Notes under the pieces: generated by a model
Databases searched by the model: none
Told to the model about the DNA's origin: nothing
What the model saw: only the letters and a program-made list of their open reading frames with translations
In this document: piece by piece, positions 21,552 through 31,420 of the stretch
Layout of the letters: every line of letters starts with the position of its first letter
Numbering within the stretch: the stretch's first letter is position 1
Position numbers and translations under genes: made by a program
Sequence record: OM135583.1
Source of the DNA: Escherichia phage EP01
DNA: 64,000 nucleotides
Strand: one strand, 5' to 3'

Positions 21552-21559
21552 GGAATAAT

Positions 21560-22654
21560 ATGGCAATTGTTAAAGAAATAACTGCTGATTTAATTAAAAA
21601 GTCCGGTGAGAAAATTTCAGCCGGACAGAGTACTAAATCAGAAGTAGCAACTAAAACATACACTGCCCAGTTTCCAACTGGGCGTGCTAGTGGTAATGAC
21701 ACTACAGGGGACTTCCAGGTAACAGATCTATATAAGAATGGATTATTATTTACTGCATACAATATGTCATCTAGGGATTCTGGAAGTCTTAGATCGATGA
21801 GATCTAACTACTCTTCTTCATCTTCGAGTATTTTACGTACAGCCAGAAACACTATTAGTAGTACAGTATCAAAACTATCAAATGGATTAATATCAGATAA
21901 TAATTCAGGAACAATAAGTAAAGCACCTGTTGCAAATATTCTTTTACCAAGATCTAAATCCGATGTTGATACATCATCACATAGATTTAATGATGTTCAA
22001 GAAAGTCTTATCAGCAGAGGTGGAGGTACTGCCACTGGTGTGCTAAGTAATATTGCTTCAACTGCAGTATTTGGTGCGCTAGAAAGTATAACGCAAGGTA
22101 TAATGGCTGATAATAATGAACAGATTTATACGACAGCCAGAAGTATGTATGGTGGTGCTGAAAATAGAACTAAAGTGTTTACATGGGATTTGACTCCACG
22201 TTCAACAGAAGATTTGATGGCTATTATTAATATCTATCAATATTTTAACTATTTTTCTTATGGTGAAACGGGCAAATCTCAATATGCTGCTGAAATAAAG
22301 GGGTATTTAGATGATTGGTATCGTTCTACATTAATTGAACCTTTATCTCCGGAAGACGCGGCTAAAAATAAAACACTATTTGAGAAAATGACATCGAGTT
22401 TAACTAACGTTCTAGTAGTTTCAAACCCGACAATTTGGATGGTGAAAAACTTTGGTGCAACATCTAAGTTTGATGGAAAAACGGAAATATTTGGCCCATG
22501 CCAAATACAAAGCATCAGATTTGATAAAACACCTAATGGTAACTTTAACGGATTAGCTATTGCTCCAAACCTCCCTAGTACATTTACTCTTGAGATTACT
22601 ATGAGAGAAATTATCACGTTAAACCGTGCTTCTTTATATGCGGGGACTTTTTAA
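21560..22654 (+). CDS. 48: baseplate tail tube cap protein, 364 aa
   Basis: Size and synteny as T4 gp48. Confidence 0.9.
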   Translation: MAIVKEITADLIKKSGEKISAGQSTKSEVATKTYTAQFPTGRASGNDTTGDFQVTDLYKNGLLFTAYNMSSRDSGSLRSMRSNYSSSSSSILRTARNTISSTVSKLSNGLISDNNSGTISKAPVANILLPRSKSDVDTSSHRFNDVQESLISRGGGTATGVLSNIASTAVFGALESITQGIMADNNEQIYTTARSMYGGAENRTKVFTWDLTPRSTEDLMAIINIYQYFNYFSYGETGKSQYAAEIKGYLDDWYRSTLIEPLSPEDAAKNKTLFEKMTSSLTNVLVVSNPTIWMVKNFGATSKFDGKTEIFGPCQIQSIRFDKTPNGNFNGLAIAPNLPSTFTLEITMREIITLNRASLYAGTF

Positions 22655-23619
22655 TGTATTCTTTAGAGGAATTTAATAATCAAGCAATAAACGCAGATTT
22701 CCAACGTAATAATATGTTTAGCTGCGTTTTTGCGACAACTCCATCAACTAAAAGCTCTTCGTTGATAAGTTCAATTAGCAACTTTTCTTATAATAACTTG
22801 GGCCTAAATTCAGATTGGTTAGGATTAACTCAAGGCGATATTAATCAGGGAATTACCACGCTAATTACTGCTGGCACACAAAAACTGATAAGAAAATCAG
22901 GGGTTAGTAAATATCTTATTGGTGCCATGAGTCAACGTACAGTTCAAAGTTTATTGGGCTCATTTACAGTTGGTACATATTTAATTGACTTCTTTAACAT
23001 GGCATATAACTCATCTGGATTGATGATATATTCTGTAAAAATGCCAGAGAATAGATTATCCTATGAAACTGACTGGAACTATAATTCTCCTAATATTCGT
23101 ATAACTGGGAGAGAATTAGACCCTTTGGTTATTTCATTTAGAATGGATTCAGAAGCATGTAATTATCGTGCAATGCAAGACTGGGTTAACGCTGTTCAAG
23201 ACCCAGTAACTGGATTGCGTGCTTTGCCACAAGATGTCGAGGCAGATATTCAGGTTAATCTTCATGCTCGTAATGGATTACCTCATACTGCGGTGATGTT
23301 CACTGGATGCATTCCAGTGTCAGTGAGCGCTCCTGAGTTATCATATGATGGAGATAACCAAATAACTACATTTGATGTTACTTTTGCGTATAGAGTCATG
23401 CAGGCTGGATCGGTTGATAGACAAGCTGCGCTTGAGTGGCTTGAATCTGCTGCTATAAACGGTATTCAAAGCGTTCTCGGAAATAGTGGAGGTGTTACTG
23501 GACTATCTAATTCGCTTTCACGACTTAGTAGATTAGGAGGAACTGCGGGAAGCATTTCAAACATTAATACTATGACGGGAATTGTCAACTCGCAAAGTAA
23601 AATATTAGGAGCAATATAA
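22654..23619 (+). CDS. 54: baseplate tail tube initiator, 321 aa
   Basis: ATGA-type junction with 48; size as T4 gp54; hairpin terminator follows. Confidence 0.9.
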   Translation: MYSLEEFNNQAINADFQRNNMFSCVFATTPSTKSSSLISSISNFSYNNLGLNSDWLGLTQGDINQGITTLITAGTQKLIRKSGVSKYLIGAMSQRTVQSLLGSFTVGTYLIDFFNMAYNSSGLMIYSVKMPENRLSYETDWNYNSPNIRITGRELDPLVISFRMDSEACNYRAMQDWVNAVQDPVTGLRALPQDVEADIQVNLHARNGLPHTAVMFTGCIPVSVSAPELSYDGDNQITTFDVTFAYRVMQAGSVDRQAALEWLESAAINGIQSVLGNSGGVTGLSNSLSRLSRLGGTAGSISNINTMTGIVNSQSKILGAI

Positions 23620-23623
23620 CAAT

Positions 23624-23641
23624 GGGGACCTTTCGGTCCCC
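23624..23641. terminator. bidirectional hairpin between convergent gene 54 and the 96-aa gene
   Basis: GGGGACC, TTTC loop, GGTCCCC, then ATATTTTTA. Confidence 0.65.
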
Positions 23642-23647
23642 ATATTT

Positions 23648-23938
23648 TTATTTACGGAATGAAATAAAAGCAGCAACTGAAGCAACTAAACTGTCTTCAA
23701 TATAAACTTCAATTTTTACCGGAGCTTCTGATTCAAATTTACCTGTTACTACACCATGGAAAATGCTTTCAGTCTGTTCTGGCTTTGAAAAATTTTCAGA
23801 AGGAAAAATTCCGAACTTTTTATCTGTTCCAAAAATTTTGATAAATTCATCGTAAACTGCTTCATTAAAAGCGTTATCAGCAGGAATAACGCCTTCAACT
23901 ACAAGTTCTTGACCTAAAAAGCGTAAAGAAGATTTCAT
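23648..23938 (-). CDS. hypothetical protein, 96 aa (position of T4 alt.-3)
   Basis: GAGGAA SD 6 nt upstream; early promoter cassette upstream. Confidence 0.6.
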   Translation of the reverse strand: MKSSLRFLGQELVVEGVIPADNAFNEAVYDEFIKIFGTDKKFGIFPSENFSKPEQTESIFHGVVTGKFESEAPVKIEVYIEDSLVASVAAFISFRK

Positions 23939-23946
23939 TTTGTGTT

Positions 23947-23999
23947 CCTCATGTTATGTCAGTAAGATTATTATAACACAACACGAGGGACTTGTAAAC
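23947..23999 (-). promoter_or_regulatory. early promoter plus leader cassette, copy 1, upstream of the 96-aa gene
   Basis: Minus strand GTTTACA, 17-nt spacer, TGT-TATAAT, leader with GAGGAA SD; 49/53 identical to copy at 39103-39155. Confidence 0.6.
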
Positions 24000-26056
24000 T
24001 ACATTTTGAACTTTTTAGACATTCCGTTGATGTTAATCAAAGAAGCCAAGATTTGAGAAACTTCGTTTTCCTCTTCTTTTGATTCTTCTACAAGGAATTG
24101 ATTAAATCCAGCCATTGGACGAACTTCACCAGTTTCCATCAGGTGGTCGCCATCATATACCGATTCTTCTAATTGTTCAGAAGGAGGAACGATTGTGCCT
24201 TCGATTAGATACTTGTTATAAGCAGTTTCTTTCATCATGTACGTACTCACTTTATTAATCTTCAGCAAAATTCCACGTGGTAAAATAACTTCAGCTTCTG
24301 ATGGAAATCCTGATAAATGACCCGGAACGATAACTTTGATTCGCTCAGCTCCTTTAATTACCATACCCACGCTAGTTTCAGCATCTTCATTCGCATAAGC
24401 AGAGTGACTGCCCATATGCATCAAATCTTCTGCGTCAACTGAACCTTCTCCTTCACCAGAAAATACTGCACCGGAATCATCTAGAGCCATATAGTTTTTA
24501 CCATACTCACCGAAGATATTTGGTTTAAGCGATGTTGATACGAAGTTCTTGAAATAGAACATTCTATTTTCAATATTATGACGTAAAGTTTTAAAGGTAA
24601 CTTCTTGTCCACGGTAAAGTGTAGTTCCTGGAGGAAGAACTGATCCTTTGGCAAAGGCAGAATCCATTGTCTCGATGTGTTTAATAGCTCGTTCCATATA
24701 TTCTTCACGGGTAGAATCTGGTTTACCTAAAAGGAACGAGTTCATTTCAACATATGAATCTGCACAATAATCTTCAATTACATCAGACTCAGCCTGAGTT
24801 AATCCTTTTGGGGGTACTTCAGTACTTGCATATTCATACGCTTGAGAAGCAGACTCATTAATCAATTTATAAATGCCATTCATGACAAATTGAACAATAG
24901 CTACCTTTTCATCTGGCGTGGCTTTAGAACCTTTAACTAAATCATTGACGATTTTCTTAATAACATCAAAGCTATTAGAAATATTAATGTCAGCAAGATC
25001 GCTTAAAATTTTATCAGTTTTATAATCAAAAAATTCTTTATTCTTTAAATATTCTTGAGAACCTTGATATGTTATATCGCTCTGTAACTTGATAGATGGA
25101 TCACGTAAACGTGCATGAGCCAATGCAATATGATTTCGGAAGCTTTCTAGTTCATAATCATTAGATTTAAAACGAGAAGCACTTCTCATACCACCGATAG
25201 CTCCTTTGCTGAAGTTTGAACCAACCTGAATAACGCCAGAGTTCATTGGTCCTTCTGCTTTATATACTGGAACTTTAGATTCAAACTCTTGATATTTCTT
25301 AGCAGCGAAGCTATCACCCTGAAGTGAAGCATCGACAGTAGAATATTGAGCTTGTGCTGCTAATCGACGACTAATTTTAGTTTTCTGAATTACAGCTTGA
25401 TCCGTGCGCTTATCATTTTCTAAAGCAATAGAAGCAGCAACAGCAACAGCTTTAGGAACAGCATTACCTGTTTTAACGTCTACATAAACATCACCAACCT
25501 TTGATTCAACTTTTGTGAATAACTCAGTTGAAATAGGAGGTACACCTGGAATGTCTTCTAAATTGGCATTTTTACGGTAAACCATAATATATGCATATTT
25601 CTTATCATAGTCCCAGATTTCCTTTAAAAGAACATATCGACCTGCTCCTTTAGTACGCACTAAACGGTCGGCAATAACTTGCATTTGACGAGCAGCGCCA
25701 TTTGTTTTACTCTTTAATACGCGGAATAGGCATGCGTCAATTTTGTACTGTTTCATTGTTTGAAGAGCAGTATCAAAAACCGCATTAATGACACCAATTG
25801 GATTTCCACCCAAGTTTTTAAGTTTAACTAATGATAGTTTCTCGTTGACACCTATCATTACGATATGCATCATTTTATCGCCTGGCTTAACGTTTTTATT
25901 TGTATCACCACCAGAGGTGTATGTACAAAATCTAAATCCAGGAAGCACGCTTTCTTCACCGGCTTGAATAGCAAAAATTTGAGGTATTTTATGCTTAGGA
26001 TTTAAGTTAACAACCGGCGCCGAAGCGCCGTCAAATAATTCTGTAATAAGTTCCAT
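23999..26056 (-). CDS. Alt-like mono-ADP-ribosyltransferase paralogue, 685 aa
   Basis: N-terminus MELITELFD as in Alt; C-terminal YRGQ...FVSTSL...EAEVILPRG consistent with an R-S-E ART core; AAGGA SD. Confidence 0.85.
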   Translation of the reverse strand: MELITELFDGASAPVVNLNPKHKIPQIFAIQAGEESVLPGFRFCTYTSGGDTNKNVKPGDKMMHIVMIGVNEKLSLVKLKNLGGNPIGVINAVFDTALQTMKQYKIDACLFRVLKSKTNGAARQMQVIADRLVRTKGAGRYVLLKEIWDYDKKYAYIMVYRKNANLEDIPGVPPISTELFTKVESKVGDVYVDVKTGNAVPKAVAVAASIALENDKRTDQAVIQKTKISRRLAAQAQYSTVDASLQGDSFAAKKYQEFESKVPVYKAEGPMNSGVIQVGSNFSKGAIGGMRSASRFKSNDYELESFRNHIALAHARLRDPSIKLQSDITYQGSQEYLKNKEFFDYKTDKILSDLADINISNSFDVIKKIVNDLVKGSKATPDEKVAIVQFVMNGIYKLINESASQAYEYASTEVPPKGLTQAESDVIEDYCADSYVEMNSFLLGKPDSTREEYMERAIKHIETMDSAFAKGSVLPPGTTLYRGQEVTFKTLRHNIENRMFYFKNFVSTSLKPNIFGEYGKNYMALDDSGAVFSGEGEGSVDAEDLMHMGSHSAYANEDAETSVGMVIKGAERIKVIVPGHLSGFPSEAEVILPRGILLKINKVSTYMMKETAYNKYLIEGTIVPPSEQLEESVYDGDHLMETGEVRPMAGFNQFLVEESKEEENEVSQILASLININGMSKKFKM

Positions 26057-26059
26057 GAT

Positions 26060-28153
26060 TTATCCTTGAACGAACTTGTAAGGCATGTTTGTAATATCTA
26101 TGCAAGACGCAATAATTCCGAGAGATGATTCTGCTTTCTGTTTAACATTTGATGAAACAAATGATGCAAAGTCAACTCTGTCTTCTATTTCAATATCACC
26201 TGTCATTGCAACTACTTCACCGGTTTCCATTAGACGGTCACCGTCATAAATGACTGATTCGGTGAGTTCTTCCGTAGTCATAACTTCAGCTTGAATGAGT
26301 TTTGTGTTATTAGATGTTGTTCCGTCATTATTAGAAGCATCAGTTATTTTATTAACTTTGACCATCAATCCGCGTGGTAGAATTACTTCAGCTTCTGTTG
26401 CTATTCCGAGACTCCCTGGATATACAACATTAACTTTATGAGCTCCATCAATTGCCCATCCTATTTGAACTTTAACGTATTCAGGATTTTCTTTATACGC
26501 TCTTATTTCGTTCGGATTAATAGTTATTCCTTCTTCATTTTTATCAACTGTTAATTCATTACGAGCTTCTGGTTCTAAAAGACCGATACCAGCATGTGTA
26601 ATTCCAAAACGTCCAAAAATGATAGGAGTTAAAGAAGTAGATACAAAATTTCTGAAATAGAACACTTTATTTTTAACTAGTGCTTCGTATATAGGAGCAG
26701 TCATACTTTGAGCACGATAAACTGTAATGCCTTCTGGTATACGGTCACCATTTTCAAAAGCTGAATCTAAATTATTTATCGCAGATTCAATTTCTTTTTC
26801 ACTCATTACATCATATCGTTCTGGATTGTAGCGGCCTAAAAGAAGATTATTGATGTCAGTATATCCTGATCCACAATATTCTCTAATGCCGCGCTTTTGC
26901 GATGGAGTATATTTAGAACCATCACGTGCAATGGTAATATCAATCATTGGACCTGCACCAATTCCAGAAAAGCTGTAAATCATTCTTTTGAGGAATTTAG
27001 TTTTTGCTGCGTTCCAGGAATTTTTAGTTATTTCTTCCCAGACTTCATCTGGCTGTCCTTTACGGGTTTTATTATGTTTATCAAGCCAAGTATCTTTATA
27101 TTCTTCAAAGAATTTATTAATAGCTGCTGCATACTTCTCTAAACATTTTATTGAAGTAGTTGGTTCATTTTTAATCGCATTAAGAATTACATCTTTAATT
27201 TTTTCAGAAACTTCATTAACCTCACTTTTTGAAAAGAATTTATAATCATAGTGAAGTTCATCTGCAGTTCCTTCGGCAATAATTTTTGCTGCTTTAGTTT
27301 TAGAAGCTAATGAATTAATTCCAAGTTTCATTTCTTCTGCTTCAGGAATTAAAGGAGCTGTAGCAGGTTTATTGAAATTAGCTGCGGTAGATTCATACTT
27401 CTGAAATAATTCATTTTCAAATCTAGAAGATTCTAATGATTGACTTTGCGCAATTGCTCTACGGGAAATTTTAACTTTAACGATTACAGCTTGGTCAGAA
27501 CGTTTATCATTTTCTTGCGCAATAGATGCTGCAATTGCCTCATTTTTAGTTACTTGGGCTCCAGTATCTTTATTGATATAAACATCGCCGACCTTCGATT
27601 CAACTTTAGTAAAGAGCTCGGTACTAATTTCCGGAACTCCTGGAATGTCTTCTAGTGATACATTTTTGCGATGTATAAGAATATATGCATACTTTTTATC
27701 GTAATCCCAGAGTTCCTTAAGAAGGACGTATCTGCCACCTGAACGACTACGGATAAGTCTATCAGCAATAACTTGAATTTGTCGAGCTTGGCCAGCAGTT
27801 TTAGACTTAAGAATACGAAGCATGCAGGCATCAATTTTATACTGACGCATCGTTTGCATCGCAACAGTAAAAACTGAATTGATGTAATTAATTGGGCTTG
27901 GACCGAGACCTTTCAATTTAGCAATTGAACCTTTAGCAGTTAATGTAAAAGGAACAATGTGCATCATTTTATCGCCCATCTTTAGATCACGGTTAGTATC
28001 ACCTCCAGATGTATAGGTACATAAACGAAAGCCTGGTTGTTCAATTGCGTCATCAACATGAACTGAAAAAATTTGCGGTATTTTCTTCTTTGGATTTAAG
28101 TTTGTAATCGGAAGAGTAGTATCTTCGTCAAATAATTCTGTAATGAGTTCCAT
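26060..28153 (-). CDS. alt: ADP-ribosyltransferase Alt, 697 aa
   Basis: N-terminus MELITELFDEDTTLPITNLNPKKKIPQIF matches remembered T4 Alt; adjacent to gene 30; second ATG chosen on SD spacing; late promoter 20 nt upstream. Confidence 0.85.
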   Translation of the reverse strand: MELITELFDEDTTLPITNLNPKKKIPQIFSVHVDDAIEQPGFRLCTYTSGGDTNRDLKMGDKMMHIVPFTLTAKGSIAKLKGLGPSPINYINSVFTVAMQTMRQYKIDACMLRILKSKTAGQARQIQVIADRLIRSRSGGRYVLLKELWDYDKKYAYILIHRKNVSLEDIPGVPEISTELFTKVESKVGDVYINKDTGAQVTKNEAIAASIAQENDKRSDQAVIVKVKISRRAIAQSQSLESSRFENELFQKYESTAANFNKPATAPLIPEAEEMKLGINSLASKTKAAKIIAEGTADELHYDYKFFSKSEVNEVSEKIKDVILNAIKNEPTTSIKCLEKYAAAINKFFEEYKDTWLDKHNKTRKGQPDEVWEEITKNSWNAAKTKFLKRMIYSFSGIGAGPMIDITIARDGSKYTPSQKRGIREYCGSGYTDINNLLLGRYNPERYDVMSEKEIESAINNLDSAFENGDRIPEGITVYRAQSMTAPIYEALVKNKVFYFRNFVSTSLTPIIFGRFGITHAGIGLLEPEARNELTVDKNEEGITINPNEIRAYKENPEYVKVQIGWAIDGAHKVNVVYPGSLGIATEAEVILPRGLMVKVNKITDASNNDGTTSNNTKLIQAEVMTTEELTESVIYDGDRLMETGEVVAMTGDIEIEDRVDFASFVSSNVKQKAESSLGIIASCIDITNMPYKFVQG

Positions 28154-28176
28154 CATATCCTCTCTAGTGTTTATTC

Positions 28177-28184
28177 TATTTATA
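28177..28184 (-). promoter_or_regulatory. late promoter (TATAAATA on minus strand) for alt
   Basis: Plus-strand TATTTATA, 20 nt upstream of alt start. Confidence 0.6.
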
Positions 28185-28189
28185 AAATT

Positions 28190-28207
28190 AAAGGCCCGAA
28201 GGCCTTT
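28190..28207 (-). terminator. hairpin after the gene 30 operon, before the alt late promoter
   Basis: AAAGGCC, CGAA loop, GGCCTTT, overlapping the 62-aa ORF stop. Confidence 0.55.
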
Positions 28208-28394
28208 AATAATCTAATGGTAAGAGAGTACGATATATTTCAAACTTTGGACCTTTTTCATAGGCATCAAATGTTTCTGTGAATTTATTATAAGCATATG
28301 CATCTACAAATTCGAGAATGACTTGTGATACAGAAGTAGAAACATCTCCACCTTCTTTTTGAGCAATGACAATTGTTTCTAAGTAAGCTTTCAT
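28206..28394 (-). CDS. hypothetical protein, 62 aa
   Basis: ATG overlaps gene 30 stop (ATGA); hairpin terminator immediately downstream. Confidence 0.5.
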   Translation of the reverse strand: MKAYLETIVIAQKEGGDVSTSVSQVILEFVDAYAYNKFTETFDAYEKGPKFEIYRTLLPLDY

Positions 28395-29854
28395 AGACCA
28401 GTTACCTCATGAAAATCACCAAATACATCCTCGAATGTATTAGCTTTAGTTTTATCTTCACGTAAACGAATCGCAATCGGAAGAAATAATTTAACGTAAT
28501 CAGTGCGGCCATCAGATTTTAACCAACCGTTGCATTCGCACTCTAGAATTTTTCCAATATAATAATTTTGGTTTTCCATAATGCGAGTACGGTCAAGTTC
28601 ATGTGATTTTACACCGGCTTTATCTTTTAAGCCTGAACCAGCATTTACTTTAATTTTTCCACATTCTGATTCAAGAATAAATCCACCCGCTTTAGTAGGG
28701 TCTTTACGGTGAGGATAAATTCCTACAATTTTTAAATCAACATCAATTACTTCTTTAAATTTATAGAGATTTTTTGAACGAGCATTTTCCCACAATCCAT
28801 CGGTATTTTTGAGAATAATACCTTCAAGACCTTGGTCAATATATTTTTTATAAATTACCTTAGCTTCATCTAGGTTATTTACTACCTGGTTTTCAATTAA
28901 AATTACTTTATCATATACTGATGTCATTTGTTCTAGTTTAGAAAAACGTACATCATATTTTAAACGAAACGCCGGAAGACCGTATATTTCTACCAACGGG
29001 ACATAATCCCAGACCTGAAACTTCATGCATTGAGCTTCTTTTTCAGAAATGGTTCCTTTTAAGGATTTATTGGCGATTCCATTAGAAGTAGTACGAGATT
29101 CCGCTACTTCGGCGAATTCATTAGCTTTACTAATTTCAGGATAAGCATCAAAAAGAAAATCTAGGCCTTCTGGTTCCTTTTTAACTTGCTCATGGTATAC
29201 CAATTCACCATCGATTAACACACCTTCTGGATGAATCTGGCGGGCTTCAGCAGTCATTTTGATTAACTCTTCCTTAAGAAGATCTAATCCTAGATATTCA
29301 TTACCAGCTCGTGATAAAAGACGAACATCATCTAATTCATCTCCTCGGACTTCAGCAAAACACCGAGCTCCATCTGCTTTTAACTGCGCAAAAGCTGGAA
29401 ACTTGATATTCTTACTAATGCCTTTTTCATCATAAGAACTTGCCAGCATTTGAGGTTGTTCAGGAATTAAACCTGGCCAAACTTTGTTTGCAATAGATAC
29501 TGAAGCACCGCATTCAAGGTCTCGCATCATCACTCGACGTAAAACTTCAACATCATCCTTTTTACCATCAGTGATATATCCAGTTAATTCCTCAATTGCT
29601 GCATTTCCAGTCAATTTCCGAGTAGCTAACGTGAATTCAATGAAGTCAAGCATATCGGTAATAGTCAGCATTCCAAAACTCTGGGTAGCAATACCAGGTT
29701 TAGGCCATTTCTTGATATAATACTGTAACCCACGAGAATAAGTCAGACGATATACTCGTTTAAGCAATTCATTATTTTTATTCTTTTCAAGAATTGCTTG
29801 CTTCTGTTTAGTTGATCCAATAGATGCTATTTCATTCAGAATTTTAAGAATCAT
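28391..29854 (-). CDS. 30: ATP-dependent DNA ligase, 487 aa
   Basis: Adenylation motif KADGAR (active-site Lys); size identical to T4 DNA ligase. Confidence 0.95.
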   Translation of the reverse strand: MILKILNEIASIGSTKQKQAILEKNKNNELLKRVYRLTYSRGLQYYIKKWPKPGIATQSFGMLTITDMLDFIEFTLATRKLTGNAAIEELTGYITDGKKDDVEVLRRVMMRDLECGASVSIANKVWPGLIPEQPQMLASSYDEKGISKNIKFPAFAQLKADGARCFAEVRGDELDDVRLLSRAGNEYLGLDLLKEELIKMTAEARQIHPEGVLIDGELVYHEQVKKEPEGLDFLFDAYPEISKANEFAEVAESRTTSNGIANKSLKGTISEKEAQCMKFQVWDYVPLVEIYGLPAFRLKYDVRFSKLEQMTSVYDKVILIENQVVNNLDEAKVIYKKYIDQGLEGIILKNTDGLWENARSKNLYKFKEVIDVDLKIVGIYPHRKDPTKAGGFILESECGKIKVNAGSGLKDKAGVKSHELDRTRIMENQNYYIGKILECECNGWLKSDGRTDYVKLFLPIAIRLREDKTKANTFEDVFGDFHEVTGL

Positions 29855-30120
29855 TGTTCATCCTTCAGAGTTTGATTTACATCTCTATTATAAATCAATT
29901 CATCATTAAGCTCAGGCAAAGACTTATGATATGTCGTTCTAACTTTATTTCCTTGCATCCAGTGCTTGACGTAAATGAAACCTTGCTCTACACATTTTTT
30001 AAAAATTCGTTCATCCTTTTGAGCACGGAACTCTGGATTGCATCTAAAAAATTGATTTACGTGACCATAATCACGTGTAGTATTACCTTCATTTTCATAA
30101 ATAGTATGAACAACAAACAT
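29851..30120 (-). CDS. hypothetical protein, 89 aa (gene 30 cluster)
   Basis: Same-strand ORF with 4-nt overlaps on both sides. Confidence 0.6.
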   Translation of the reverse strand: MFVVHTIYENEGNTTRDYGHVNQFFRCNPEFRAQKDERIFKKCVEQGFIYVKHWMQGNKVRTTYHKSLPELNDELIYNRDVNQTLKDEQ

Positions 30121-30959
30121 TAGAATGCTCCTTGAAAAATATTATCACCACTAGTAGGTCTATTATACAAATACTCTATGCCACCAGGTTTAATATAGTT
30201 CCATGTCTGAAACGGATGTGTCTGATATGGATGATATAGATGATTATAAGGATTTAATCCAGGCGTTCTCCAGGTAGTGTTCCAAGGAAAAGAATCGTTT
30301 TTAACCATCTTCTCAATTAAATCTTTTATAGCTTTTTCACTATCAAAACTTTCTTTATTTTCCTTCGGCGAAAAAAGCTTATTTTCTACATCATTCCATG
30401 TATAAACTCGCTGCGCAGTTTTTGGAATATTGTCACGCTCTCCTCGAGCCATCCAATAAACTGGAACATTTAATATTTCACTCGCATGATCGCAGTGATG
30501 AGCGAGATCGTCAATATAACAAATTACGTTATATTTCTCTTTTGCCTTTTTGAACAGCTCTTCTTTTGAAGAATCATGACCACACATCATTACTTCTGAG
30601 AAGGCACCAGGAAAAAGAGCGTTCAAATTAAATTGACGATTCAACAGAGCGTCAATAGAATCACCCAATGCTGTAACAGCTACAAAATTATAATCTTCTT
30701 TTAATTTGTTAATTACACACAGGGCATCTTTATACGGAGACAAGTAACGAATAAAATCTGAACGATTGTATTTTTCAATTAACTTGACGCCAAGTTCTTC
30801 GTCACAATTAAAGAGTTTACCTGGAGAAATAAATTTCTCATCTTGGATCATTTTTAAAATATGTTCTAATGGAAGATTATATTTCTGAGCAAAATAAGGA
30901 AGGCCTGATTGCCAGCTTAAACATACTCCATCAATATCAGTCAAAATAGTTGGCTTCAT
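30120..30959 (-). CDS. HAD-like hydrolase family protein, 279 aa
   Basis: N-terminal ILTDIDGV (DxDG motif I of the HAD superfamily). Confidence 0.65.
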   Translation of the reverse strand: MKPTILTDIDGVCLSWQSGLPYFAQKYNLPLEHILKMIQDEKFISPGKLFNCDEELGVKLIEKYNRSDFIRYLSPYKDALCVINKLKEDYNFVAVTALGDSIDALLNRQFNLNALFPGAFSEVMMCGHDSSKEELFKKAKEKYNVICYIDDLAHHCDHASEILNVPVYWMARGERDNIPKTAQRVYTWNDVENKLFSPKENKESFDSEKAIKDLIEKMVKNDSFPWNTTWRTPGLNPYNHLYHPYQTHPFQTWNYIKPGGIEYLYNRPTSGDNIFQGAF

Positions 30960-31420
30960 AGAGAGTCTCTTAATAGGTTTAACACATCAATAAATTCAGC
31001 TTCGGTTAGTATTGTATCATCTTTTGTTAGACCATTAGCCATGCTGTGCTTCAAAACTTTTCCTTTCGAGGCTTGTAATGCATCACGAAAACCCCTGTTT
31101 TGGATCGCTGCTTCAAAATATGCATTTGTGTATAATTCTTTCCATGCTTCGGAATATCTTGAAAACGGAGTTCCAAGCCAGAACAACGTGCCACGGTCCT
31201 GAGCTCTAGCATAAGACCTTCCAGCTTGTTGGGCGGCAAGCCCGGATAACCCAAATATACGTCTTTGCTGTTCAACATTTTTCACCTTACATCCTTGGAG
31301 GAATCCTTCGAGACCTCCAAATTGGATACCATCCATAACGAAAGGCCATTGGGCGAAATTGCTTAATGCACATGATGGCCATCTAAAATTGCTTCTTATC
31401 TCTAGCTCAGACATTTTCAA
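30956..31420 (-). CDS. NADAR/YbiA (DUF1768)-family protein, 154 aa
   Basis: LSNFAQWPFVMDGIQF aligns by eye with the E. coli YbiA core FSNFAAWPIKVDGKTW. Confidence 0.7.
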   Translation of the reverse strand: MKMSELEIRSNFRWPSCALSNFAQWPFVMDGIQFGGLEGFLQGCKVKNVEQQRRIFGLSGLAAQQAGRSYARAQDRGTLFWLGTPFSRYSEAWKELYTNAYFEAAIQNRGFRDALQASKGKVLKHSMANGLTKDDTILTEAEFIDVLNLLRDSL

